NCBI RefSeq assembly: GCF_030028105.1
Contig: NC_092371.1
Span: 14,653,884 to 14,717,883 of the forward strand
Origin: Mobula birostris
Taxonomy: Eukaryota
DNA: 64,000 bases
Direction of reading: 5' to 3'
The position numbers and the translations under genes were made by a program. The notes below the pieces were generated by a model. The model worked only from the letters and a program-made list of their open reading frames with translations. It made no database searches and was not told the DNA's origin. Shown piece by piece: positions 26,401 through 38,593 of this stretch. Position 1 is the stretch's first letter, and the number at the start of each line of letters is the position of its first letter.

Positions 26401-28480
26401 AAATTTCATCTAGCATATCCTGTGCCAAACTCAATTTGTGTCTGTCTCTAGTTCCTTCGGCTTGTTTTGTAATTCCTCTAATGTTTTAATCTTTTTTTTC
26501 TTATATGAAGATATCGCTATAATTTTCCCTCTTAAGGCAGACTTCAGAGCATTACAAAACATTGCATTATCATTGAATTCCACGAAAAGACCAATTTATT
26601 TTTTAATTTGTTCCTTAAATTGGGATCATTGAGTAGACTTGAATTTAGTTTCCAATAGTACTCTTTCGTTGTCGGTCAAAATCAACAGATACACATACAG
26701 GTGTATCGTCACTTACATCTATTGTCCCATTACCACAGGTGATTGTTTTGTCTTTATCGTTTCCAAATGTTATGAAATAGTCTATTCTTGTATATACGGA
26801 AAGGGGGGCAGAGTAATGAGTGCAATTGATTCTGTTAGGGGAAAGGTCCCGCCATATGTCAATCAGACCAACATCCTCAAAAACAGTGTTAACTTTCTCA
26901 TGTAAAGCCTTTGTTTCAGAAGTGTTTCTATTGGAAGAGTTTAACTTTGGTTGTAATTGTGAAGTTAAGTCTCCCCTGCATATCAAAAGACCTTCTGTTT
27001 CCGTTACCATAATATTAGAATTTTTCTGGAAGAATCTGATATCACTTCCCGGGGGTGCGTATGGATTCAATAAATTAACTGGGTTTCCATCCATATTACC
27101 CCTTACCAGAATATATCTGCCCTCTTTTTGTCCCATTTCGAATACATTTTTTCAAAATTTAGCTTGCTGCAGATGAGAATAGCAACTCCACTTTTATGTC
27201 CTCATTTATATAAGGAGAAAAACAAATTAGTGAAGCCCATTCTCTTTAATTTTCCATGCTCATTATCTTTTAAGTGAGTTTCTTGTAAATTTACTACATT
27301 GGCTTGTTCTATTTTCATTTTTGATGGAATTTTACTGCGTTTGTTTGGATTCAACAACCTATTGATATTAAAAGAAATTAATTTTACTTTGTCCTTAGCT
27401 ATGTGTATTTATCTGTAGTATATCATTGCAAGTGTTAGAATCGATCTACTCCCTGAAAAAATAAGAGCCAAGAAACGCGAATAATAACAAAAAAGGTAAC
27501 GAAGATGTGATTCCAAGGTTAGGGTCTCTAGCTGACCCTGGGTTGAGCTCGAAGAAACGTCTAGTCGTGGGGGACAGCCTCTCCTACCTGTGAGTTGAGG
27601 GCCCCCACTGTAGTACCTATAAAAGTAAGTAAAATGATCTATGTCCATTTAACAGAGATAATTTCCCTGTGTATTCCTTCCGTGTATGTATTCTCATTTC
27701 GGTGTGGAAAAAGGAGAGAATGAATGAATAAATAAAAAAAACGAGTAATAGAAAATCCACATTATATACGTATTTCTCGAGATAGGGGTATCACCGTCTG
27801 ATTTTGCAGCAGTTTAGCTTATCGGCACTTTTAACGTTAGCCAAGCATTATGGCTCTTCTGGAGGAGGTCAGGGCTGTCTTCGGAGAAGTCAAAGACTCT
27901 TCCGAATATCCTTTTCTCGTCCTCCTCCCGTCCCCTGCTTTCTCGTTTCTCTTACTATTTCCCAAGCAGATCGGGATAACTGCTCAGCCAGGCTTTCCCT
28001 CGGTCTGACCACGCTAATGGGCAGCCCTCTGTTCTTCATTTCTGTAGTCACCTCTTCCACCATCCGATAGAGCTGTATTCCTCCTTTGTAAAACACCCTC
28101 AGTTTAGCAGGGTACGGAGTTTGGAATTTAATCTTTTCTTCCTTTAATATTCGTTTCGCTTCGGACTATTCCTTCCGTTTCTGTAGGACAGCCGGGGGGT
28201 AGTCTTGATTGAAGTATATTAACTTCCCGTTCCAAAACACCCTCTTCTTACCCCAGGCCCTTCGGAGAATCTCCACCTGGCTCTTGAATCGAAAGATTCT
28301 AAGAAATATTGAGCGCGGATTACTCTCTCTGTCTCTGGGAGGCCTCGGGCCGAGCGCACGATGCGCCCTCCCAATTTCAATCTCCATAGTCGGGCCAATC
28401 TCCAGCGCGTCCCGCAGCAACTTTTCTAAAAACTTTGTCATCGAAAAATCCCTCCGCTCCTTCGGGAACATTATAAACCC

Positions 28481-28511
<31 letters not shown>

Positions 28512-28720
28512 GTCGCGATTTTCCCTCCTGGTAAAGCAATTTACTTTCCTGTTGATTTAATATTTTTATCGTCTTACTGAGTATCTGTTCCACGTTTGTG
28601 CACGCGATCTCCCACTTTCTGAATTCGTGTCTCTGCCTTCGCTATTTTCTGATTGACGTTGTCGAGATTTGACTCTATATCATTGAGTTACTGTTGAACC
28701 ACTGAATGACTCTTCACTAA
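23410..28720 (-). mobile_element. L1-clade LINE, about 5.3 kb, degenerate (ORF1, APE, RT, C-terminal Cys domain)
   Basis: ORF1 IGRAHRALGPRP...YFNQDYPPAVLQKRKE; APE GRYILVRG...YTRIDYF; ILPRLLYLFQTLP...GGWGLPSL; CWRNCG...HIFWECP; A-rich 3' end near 23410-23450. Confidence 0.9.
28484..28511. repeat. T28 homopolymer inside L1 ORF1
   Basis: Directly visible. Confidence 0.9.
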
Positions 28721-30852
28721 TTAAATGAGGAATACAATTGCTGAGTTCATTTGCAGAGAGCTTAAGGATCAATTTAATTGAAAAGTTTTCAATATATTAT
28801 AATAACATTCAGTAGGTGGAGCGGAACCTTTTGCTTCAGCAATAGTAATGCAGAATAACATTAGATCTGGGCTTCGGCTGACGTAATGGTACTGCTACGT
28901 ACTCCTATATTCCATTATTGGCCCTTCAGCATTTTGCACGGCCTAGATTGCACTACTAAGTAATCCGAATCAGAATCAGGTTTAATGTCGAAGCAGGCGT
29001 CTGTCTTGATATTAGTTCTTTTGCTGCAGCAGTTTAATGTCATACTTAAAAAAAAACTATGAATTGCAATAAAATAGATTTAGAAATCAAATTGAATAAA
29101 TAGTACAAAAAGAGAGCAAAAATACTGAGGTAGCATCCATGGGTTTGCTCATTGTCCGTCCAGAAATCTGCTGTGGTGGGGTAGAAATTGCTCCTAAAAT
29201 GATGAATGTGTGTCTTTTAGGCTGCTGTACCGTACCACCTACCTGATCTTAGCAATAGATCCAAGCCACGTTCTAGATAATGGGGGTCATTAAAGATCGA
29301 TGTCGACTAAGGTATCATAATTTTTGTTTTGCACTCATCGTAATATTTATTTCTGTATTTAATATTATGTTATCTACTGTTTGCTCAGCGAGTTTCTTGA
29401 AAACTCTGAATTCCATTGCACCAAGTCTACAATTACGTTACTTTTCTTAACTAAATACTTGCCGTATTTGCATGCTGACGCTTTGTGCTGAAATACTGGG
29501 ACATCCTCATCGCTGTGTGCCTCAGAGATCTTCAGTGTCTGATCTTGTACCTCACTTTCTTCATTGTTACATTTTCTATCTGAATGACCAACTTCGCATT
29601 TACCCGTGCTGCACAGCACTTGTTAAGCTACCTTTAACAGTCTTGGCCTCTTTCTGGCACTTTCAGAACTTCGTCTTCTAAATGGCTTGGTGTCCTGAGG
29701 AAGTTATGAAACATTTGTTCACGTCCTTTATATTAATTGCAACAAGTTGATGTTTCAACACTAGCCGCCACTGTTACGTTTATGATTTTGAACTACACCC
29801 AATGTTTGTCTATTTCTGACCATCCACAATAAATTCACTCCTCTTTAAAACACCATGTACATCATACCCTATGAATACAATAGTACTTTAGGTCAGAGAA
29901 GAGGATGATTTTTTTAGCCAGAGAGTGGACATTGACAGGTTGTTGATTAGGAAGGCTGTTGAAGGTTACGGGAAGAAGGCGGAAGAATATGGTTGAAAGG
30001 GATAATAAATTAGCCATGATAGAATGGCGGAGAGAACTTAATGGGCCTAAAGGCCTAATTCTGCTCCTATGTCTTATGATCTTATGGTATTATTCTTGCT
30101 TCTTCACCTGACTCACCGACCCTGATTCTATGGAGCTCTTGCGAAATCTTTTCACCACTGAAGAGAGTCAGAATTTGATAATACTGTACTGTGGAAGAAT
30201 TTTGATGGGACGAACGGTCCCCTTCTGTCCCCGGGACCGTCTTATGATGCTCTTCGTTTTCTCTCGCAATGTACCTCCGCTGGTCTGTCTTTTAAAGTGG
30301 GTTCAAAAGCGAGAGGGCAGGTGGAAGGTAGGATTCGCTATGCGGAGATGACATGTAGCAGATATGCCGTGGGAAGGGCTGTCAGTGACAGTTCCAGTCA
30401 TAAGGCGATGGTCTTCTGAGGGCTTCCGGAAGTCATACCCAATAAGGTGGCAACCTGTTACAGATGAGGTTTATGTCTTTCCTGGTGACTACGAAATTAC
30501 GTCAGCTCAGCTATGCTAAGTCATTTCCAACATACCCAGTTGAGAAGCTACCAGTCCTGCTCAATATACCAGCCCTCGGGAACATCAACTCGTGACACTC
30601 TGAATCAATTTCTCCTACACTTTTACAAACCACATTCCAAGAAGAATATTCAATCCTATTTTACAGAAGCCGGTTGTTATGTTTTGCTGTTTTTTTAAAT
30701 CTTGATTTATCACTTGTAATTAACAGAGTCTTGGTTTTCTTGAACTGATACATTTAATTTCACTTTGTATCTATGTAGGAAAATTTGGCTTGATCTAATT
30801 CAAGATTGCATCAGATTGGACAAAGAGAGCGCTGTGCATTTTCGATTCCACG

Positions 30853-31215
30853 TGTTTCGGTGAAGAAATGCAGAAGAGGCCTGACCTAAAGCAGAGCCGC
30901 GGAGACGATTCAACGGTGAATAATAATTTAATAAAAGACCACAAAATAACAAGTCACGAGGGACCACAGCAGCATCGTAAACATAAACTAAACAAAACAG
31001 GCAACAGGGTATACTTTAGCCAGGGAGAGTGAAAGCAAGGAGCAACTGGATGAGTTCGGCTGGTTCAATAGGTGAACAAGGATTGCGGTTGAGAACTGGG
31101 GTTAAATTGGCTGCAGGTGAGGAGTCTGGAAAGAGTGGCAGGTGAATCCAAATAGCTAAATGGAAACTGGCAGGTGCTTGTATGTGAACGCTGAAAGGTG
31201 TCAATGTCCACTGGT
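30853..31215. mobile_element. Solo-LTR-like fragment
   Basis: Starts tgtttcg; has caggtg-rich repeats and the composition typical of fish Gypsy-type LTRs. Boundaries uncertain. Confidence 0.35.
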
Positions 31216-32339
31216 ACATAATATCCTGTAAACTCGCTTTCCCAGTTCATGGTTTACACTGATTACTCAGAATTAATTTGTTGGTGTAAAGTTCCCGGAA
31301 TGACAATATGGACTGACTGGTGTCTTCAATGATATTTTGTAAGTAATTGTTTAAGGCCGCAACGCTTCAATCGGCAAGAAACTAAAATTAACCATCAAGG
31401 AGGAGTTACAGAAGCCTAAAGACACGCACACTGCTGCAGGAACAGATTCTTTCCCGCTACCATCAGATTTCTGAATGAGCATATTACACTATGTTCGTAT
31501 TTTCCCTCTGTTTTTGCATCAATTATTTAATTTAATTTTTATATCTGCTTCTTATTCTAATTCATAGTTTTAATAATTATGTATTGTAATTTTCTGCTGC
31601 CACAAATCAATAAATTTCACGCAAGTGACATTAAACCGGATTCTGATTGTGAATCTCAAGAGACACTTACCAGTTTGCTTGAATTACCTCTGATGTGCAG
31701 AGGTCAAGGAAGCTCGCAACGAAGAGCATGGAAGGAGGGCTGCTGGGTGGGGTAGGAGAGAGGTAAGGGAGAGAATGGGCGAGGGGCATTTGAAACCGCC
31801 ACCATTAATGGATTCCCAATATTTGTCTCCAGTTTTGGTGGGAACTTCTTCTGCTTAAGAAGGCACTAAGTCAAATCGTTACACAATGAAAACACATTCG
31901 GCAAGAAACACGAGAAACCCAAGTTTGATTACCGTCCGTATACGCACTGCTTTAGATCTAAAAATATTTGCAATTCTTATGGTAAGTCTGGGATAAATTA
32001 GTTGTAGTTCAATGTACTGCCATACACATGTATGCAGCCAAATGAAAAGTCATTCTTTCATACATCTCCCACACAACACATAAAATAATATTACCACAAA
32101 TAAAATAAATTCTAGCAGATTGATATTTAGTCAATCTTCACTACATCAGAGATTCCCAAAACGCTTCAACGATGTTGTTTCCCTTCTTTGTGATTTGCAC
32201 GAGAGAATTTCACATTTCTTCTCGCCTCTGATACAAAGAATTTCATTACGTCACTCCTGGAACCCTGGCTCTGCCTGACTACCGGTAGAAGGTTCTTATC
32301 GCCACTAACATCTTAAAATGATCAAATCATTCTTTACTC

Positions 32340-33520
32340 TTCTAAGACCATGCTGATCTTCCCCCCGCCCACTCCTCGGTCCCACTCCCCGACCTACTCG
32401 CCGTAACCTTTGATGCCACGGCGAATCAAGGACCTATCAATCTCCACCTTAAATACACTCAACGACATGGCCTCCATAGCCGCCTGTGGTAACAAACTCC
32501 GCAAATTATCCACCTTGAATCTAGATAAAGAAATTCTTCGCATTGCTGTTTTAAATGGGCGCTCCACTATCCTGAGGGTGTTCCCTCTTGTCCTAGGTTC
32601 CCCAACCACGGGAAACATCCTTTCCACATCTACTCTGTCTAGGCCTTTAAAAAATTGAAAGGTTTCAGTAATATCCCCTCCACTTATCCTTCTCAATTCC
32701 ATTGAGGACAGGACCAGAGCTATCAAACGTTCCTCAAATTATAACCTTTCATTCACGGAATCATCCTTTTGAACGATCTCTGAATCTTCTCCAATGCTAG
32801 CACATCTTTTCTTAGATAAGGAGCCCAATACTATTCACAATACTCAAGGTGAGACCTCACCAGTGCCTTGTAAAGCCTCAGTATCACATCCCTGCAGCAC
32901 CATTTCCAAAATTTTCAAGGGAAACGGAAGATCGTACAGAAATTTTAAACCCAGTTTGAGGAATGCTTCTTGTAAAGTATCTCAGGTATTTACAGTCAGA
33001 TTACACTTGGTGTATTGTGAGCATTTTCGGGCTCCTTATCTAGGAAAGAATGTGCTGACAATGGAGAGGATCCAGAGAAAGTTGGCGAGAGTGACTCCGG
33101 AAATGAAATAGTGAACGTATGAAGACCGTTTGATGGCTGGAGTTTAGGAGAATGAAATGTGTGGGTGATTTCAGTGAAACAGATTGAACAATGAAATATC
33201 CAGATAGAGTGGACATTTCCTAGGCTTCCTATAGTGCAGAAGTCTAAAACCAAAGGCCACAGCCTCAGAATAGAGGGACGTCCCTTAAGATGAGTGGGCG
33301 GTGAATCTGTAGAAACCATTCCCACGGACAGTCGTGGAGGCTAGGTTTTGAGCATATTTAAAGCGGAGTTTGATTGGTTGTTGATTAGTAAGGATGTCAA
33401 TGGTTACGGGGAGAATGCAGAAGAATGTGGTTGTGAGAGGGATAATAAATTGGTTATGATGGAATAACGGAGCAAGCTCGCTGGGCAGAATGGCCAAATC
33501 CTGTTGCTATGTCATTTGGT
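32340..33520. mobile_element. CR1 3' fragments in both orientations
   Basis: ORFs 32394-32726 (-) and 32794-33111 (+) give CR1 RT C-terminal sequence. Confidence 0.85.
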
Positions 33521-35199
33521 CTTATGCTTTTTGGTTGAAAACCAAGCTGTTTTCCTCTCAGGCCAAAGACATCTTGGTCGGATGCGAGTGATTAACTTCA
33601 CCAATTGCTTCAGATGTTGTCCAAACAGCCGTCTCTACAGCTCAAGATTCAAGAGTCAAGATTGTTTGTCATTCTTCAGCTGCATCGAACTAAATTGATT
33701 ATTGCTTCGATCCGACGCAGCATAAAAACACAATGTAAACACAAAGAAGTACAATAAATATAAAGTTAATCCGATATGACGCATTGTACAATAACTCTGC
33801 TGCAGCGTCAGTTGTAACCACATGCGGAATAACGCCGGAAGTGACCATTAATGACTGCAATATAGTTTTTTTTATTATGTTACAATATATTTAATTTACA
33901 TAAAGGAAAATTCAAAATGATAACACAGAGGAAAGCTTTGAGATGAGACTTACACTATGCAAGAAATCTCTGTTCTTCACTTAAGGTTTAAAATATGCCA
34001 GAATCACGACATCAATGTTAGTCCAACATTCTATTCACATATCATAAAGCCCGTACAAATCTTGTCAATCTCGGAGTGCCAAATGTTCGTTCAGTGGGTT
34101 TTAATGTGACCCCACGATCGGTCCATTTCTTCGCAACCCTTTAACCAGATGCTCATCTGCAGGGAGAAGATGATGCAGCGAAATCGAGGGAGGCGTAAAG
34201 GATCGGCGCTTGAAACTGGAATGTATAACAAACATTGACAATCAAAGATATTGCACAGAATGATCTACCATTTTTCAGCAGAGTCACGACTGTGCCAACC
34301 TTCCTGTGCGAGATAATCCCAAAAGTAACTGCAGCAGATTAGTAAAGCATGGCTTCCGTTTTATAATTCCCTGTTGACTCCATTCATAACCATCATTCTT
34401 TTTTACCCAATCCCAAACATCATGTTGGTGAATCTTACAACGGGTTGCATTCACAAAACGTACCTGAGCCGCACTGCCGTGTACTTGGCGCGTCGCCAAT
34501 TGACGATGGCTTCCTGTGTATTGAAAGAATACGAATTGGAACTATTATTTGGTCCGGCCAGCTTATAATTAGTTACAGAAATGTCATATGCCAGCATTCC
34601 AAACATGACGGTAGTCCGCAATAAACCAGGTGCTGCTTTATGCTATTTTTTTTTCAATTTCGCCGATGGTTCTTAGATGTGTCGCGACTTCCATATTCAT
34701 TTCCAAATATGACAATAACCCCCAAAACGAGAATATTTCCAAACTACACAAAGTGCTCCGTCATGGCATCCCATATACTCAGCAGGTGCTACATCTTGCC
34801 CAAGGTTGACCTGCAAGCTATAGGGGGGAATGAGGGCCTTACACCTCCTTTGGTCGAGACGTATCTCCACCCTTCCACCCAAAGTAAAAATAACGATGGG
34901 AATAAACACTTTCTCTGTACCATAACAACATATTAATTTGTCATAATATGTTGGTCTGAAACTGAACCGGAATAAGAACTGAAATGACAAATATTAGAAA
35001 AGAACTTGCACCCTTGAACGTACGTAGATTAACATTTCCTTGGACAGAAGGAGGAAGAGCAATAACAGACATTTAAAATCCACACAATAGATAGATAAAA
35101 CTTTGATGGATATATTTCCGTCAACGAAAACAGGATTCAGCATCCATGCTAGCATATGCAATAATGGTATGAAATATTGTCTATTTAATTAAACTTCAA

Positions 35200-36050
35200 T
35201 GAAAGCACAACTTAGAAAAATGAAGGGTATATCGTCACAAAAGAAAAGGGTAACACTGGCAGAGCATGGCCCTCCATGGAAGACTTCCCATGATCGTCAC
35301 AGACTAGATATCGACAAAGAAATGTCGAATGCCTGGCTTAGAGTTGAAAACGTTTGCCCATAAAGATACCTTATGGCAAGATAGGACCAGGTAGATAACA
35401 CGAAAACATCAAAAGTATACAGTAACCGTCCAACAAATTCAAGACGATAAATTCAGATAATGCCCCGAAAAACCAGGAGCAATTCAACACATTACAGGAT
35501 ACTACAATATTTTAACTCGATGTGATTATTCACCAGGCATAATCAAGTAACAAACATCATTTACGAAAATCTTGCTCTAAAATCCAAACTCATAAAAAGC
35601 ACTATACCTTACTGTACTATAAGCCTAATTCGATTTTAGAATCAGTGTCCGTCAAATTATATTATGACCGCAGCATTATTATCGACCGGGCGATGCATAA
35701 TAGCTGCCTCGATATAATATTACAGGAAAAACAAGAAAGAACAATTATCTTAATAGATATAGCCATTCCAAACACAAAACGTAGAGAAATAGCTAGGGGA
35801 AAAACACCAGAAATGTGCGGATTAAAAGAGGAAATTGAAAGTATATGGAACAGGAACAGGGTATACTATGTCCCAAAACTGATATCTACACGGTAGGGTT
35901 AAAGTTTTAGATTTACACAGCAGTATTTTCATAAATCTTCAGAAAGCGAGAATACTTAACACCTCTAGAACAGTACGAAGTTCTTAGCAATTGAGGCTAT
36001 GCTTGGCTATGCCCATACCTCAGGGTTTACCAGAGTGATCCAGGAAAAAA
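35200..36050 (+). mobile_element. R4/Dong-type (REL endonuclease) non-LTR element, 3' fragment
   Basis: LDIDKEMSNAWLR, RHNQVTNII and YYDRSIIIDR...DIILQEKQERTIILIDIAIP match the zinc-knuckle/REL region; A-rich end at about 36045. Confidence 0.8.
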
Positions 36051-36228
36051 AAATGCCGTAAGAATAATAATATAAGCAACATACGCAGAGACACCACTGA
36101 TGGCGGGAAAAGGGTCTTCTGGGACTGAGACCTCAGATCCCTACCCTCTGGAATTTCAGACCAATTCGCCTTATTGTCGCCGCAACTATTTCCCTCGTCC
36201 TTCGCTCTAAGCCCATTGGCAGCAATGA

Positions 36229-36239
36229 TCACACAGAGC
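36229..36239 (-). CDS. Putative last coding exon (GSV*) of the VJ-C1 receptor, or end of a read-through tail
   Basis: Acceptor ccttgtttcaag at 36240-36241; stop TGA at 36229-36231. The same stop is reached without splicing. Confidence 0.4.
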
Positions 36240-36305
36240 CTTGAAACAAGGACCGCGGTAACTGACAATAGTTACATGGATATGCTTGGAAAAGCCAACT
36301 CTCAC

Positions 36306-36395
36306 CTGATCTACGCTCTTTAGAGATCCCAATAATAATTAGGATGACTAGGAAGACAAGGATCCCAAGGAGGAACGGTATGGGAAGACACCAGC
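36306..36395 (-). CDS. Transmembrane exon of the VJ-C1 receptor
   Basis: Acceptor ttctcttcttctag and donor gtgaga; 90 nt, phase 1-1; GWCLPIPFLLGILVFLVILIIIGISKERRSG (hydrophobic span plus a basic stop-transfer cluster). Confidence 0.9.
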
Positions 36396-37158
36396 CTAGA
36401 AGAAGAGAATTGTTGTTTGGTGAAATCATGGTTTCCAGGAAGATTTTATTCAAGCTTTCATTTGGTTGTAATGTGAAGATTTTTATATTACTGGATGCTT
36501 TTTCAATTACTTATTTATAAGCTTTTAATTTTATAATTTTTGAAAATTTTTAACTTTTGTTGCATGTCGTGACCTGACCAGCATACTACGACAAATTCCC
36601 ATGCATGTAAATGTAAATGGCGAATAAGTTTGAACTTTGATCTTCAAACTATAATGTAAGACCAGAAACCCATAGCAAGGCCAACCGAAGAACCATTCAA
36701 AGAATGAATTGGCACATGAGGCCATACGGCTAATCAGACCTTTTCCTCGCTTTGCCTCGCAGCCACCTTGACCCTTCCAATCAGTTCCCTGTTCACTATC
36801 CCAACTTGGAAAGACAGCCCCTTTCTCTCGTCGTAGCCGTGTCCAATTTCCGGAAACCGCTCCAGCCGCACCCGAAGATCATCAGGGACATCAGAGATTT
36901 AAGAAGGAGGTTCACCCCCAGCTGTTCCATTAGGGTTGGACAGCCAATGGTAGGTTTGCTGGAGATCAACAGATGCTTAAAAACGAATAAATTGAAATTA
37001 ATACTGCCGGGCCGTTATTGAACCAGCGAGTTATTCCAGCAGTCATAAGACCATAAGACATCTGAGCACAATTAGGCCGTTTGGCCCATTGAGTCTGTCC
37101 CACCATTTCCCCACAGATGAGTTTACATCAACACTTTATGTACAAAACGTCGCCTCAC

Positions 37159-37479
37159 CTTGACCGGGTTCAATTCTGTTATGGGACACGGTCTTGTTTA
37201 TCATCTTTCCGGCACCCCCGAGTTGTGCGATGCAGGTACAGACTCCACCGCTCATCCAGGTTTCCACTGGGACCCGCACCTGACTTCTAACAGTATAACC
37301 CTGGTCTGGGTCAAGCGTGCCGGTATCGCTCCATCCTTCCGTGATCTGTCCAGATATGTTCCAATAAATGACAATCTGTTTAGAAGAAAGGCCGCCGACG
37401 AGACACACCAGGGGAACCGACCCGTTCACCTCAGATGGTGGGACAAATACCTGCATGTAGGTCAGGTTGTTGGAGCTGT
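37159..37479 (-). CDS. Ig C1-set exon of the VJ-C1 receptor
   Basis: Acceptor atctctgtccag and donor gtgagg; 321 nt, phase 1-1; VFVPPSE..LVCLVGGL..IVIYWN..GYTVRSQVRV..WMSGGVCTC, classic C1-set motifs. Confidence 0.95.
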
Positions 37480-37562
37480 CTGGACAGAGATTGGGACACC
37501 GTTAAAAGCAGCCTCACATGAAGCAGATGGCTGAGTATAATCCCACAGTCGAGTTCACTTAC

Positions 37563-37886
37563 CTCCAACCAGGAGTGCCGGTCCTTTCACAAACGGCGAA
37601 TAGCTGCTCACTCTAGCACAGTAGTAGAAACCCGAATCCTCCACCTGAACATCCCGGATTTCTAGCACTGATGTGTGATCGCCGAATCCTTTTTTGTAAG
37701 TAGTCCTACAGCCGTTCTTTTGGCAGTCCGTGGATTTGATAGCCACCGGGGGTTCACCCGCACGCTGTTTGTACCAGAGCACATTGCTTGCGACCTCCAC
37801 TCTGTACGTGAGTTCGCAGGAGAGTTCAACCATCTGGCCGACATCTGCAGTCACTACAGACGCACTCTCAGAAAACGGGTTGGGTT
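37563..37886 (-). CDS. Ig V-set exon with a germline-joined J-like segment
   Basis: Acceptor ttccatttgcag and donor gtaagt; 324 nt, phase 1-1; GQMVELSC..VLWYKQRAGEPP..LEIRDVQVEDSGFYYCAR..FVKGPALLVG. Confidence 0.95.
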
Positions 37887-38538
37887 CTGCAAATGGAATT
37901 AACATCAATGAATGAAAAAAAATGTCTACTACGGAATCGGACGAATTCTGAATTAAACACATTGTCCATAGTTCAAAAATGCGTCGTTGTTTTAGGTTGT
38001 ACTTATTGGCGAAGGTATCTCAACAACATCTAACTGACGACCAAAGGAAAATACACGTTAACTCTGTCAATTCGCAAGACTTTTCCTTTAGTAGCCGGCA
38101 AAAGTAGTTTGTTTATCTATTTGCAGGTGACCTTAAATTGAGAAGATTGGTGGCCGTTTCAGGCAGGGCTCGCCAAACATTCTTCGTTGGTTTTGGCGTC
38201 ACATATGGGCACAGAGGATCAGTGCACCAGATACGCTTCACCAATAGAAAATGTGCGAAACTTACCGGCAAAATTATTTAGAATTTATTTAGGTAGTTTT
38301 AGAATCAGCATTCATGACATTCCAGATTTATTTGATTCATTGAAATTTATTTGCCCTGTCGCAAGGGATGTTGAATGCAGGGAGCGAGGCGAGGGTCGTG
38401 CGGGTAACTTAATCCCGATCATTGATCTGGTTTTAGAACCGAATAACATTTCCACTGGGATAACAAACATACAAGGGCCCGTTTCTCCCAACATTTCGGG
38501 CGATCTTCTTTGAAAGTTCCCTACGCCGACTCACTCAC

Positions 38539-38593
38539 CGCAAACTCGAAGCATCTGAACGGTAACGAACAGGGCCAAAGCCTCTATCAACAT
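38539..38593 (-). CDS. Signal-peptide (leader) exon of the VJ-C1 receptor
   Basis: ATG at 38593, MLIEALALFVTVQMLRVC plus one base, donor gtgagt; 55 nt, phase 1, in frame with the V exon. Confidence 0.85.

Noticed and set aside
30423-30433. Palindromic ETS-like CTTCCGGAAG and a nearby RUNX-like site
   Set aside because: Short motifs are expected by chance, with no independent support.
34955-34990. Possible distal tail exon with TYYDKL (ITSM-like)
   Set aside because: Requires phase-2 entry, and I found no convincing intervening exon linking it to the phase-1 TM exon.
37617-37623. Cryptic heptamer TACTGTG at the V YYC codons
   Set aside because: It is intrinsic to Tyr-Cys-Ala codons and has no matching nonamer, so it is not evidence of rearrangement.
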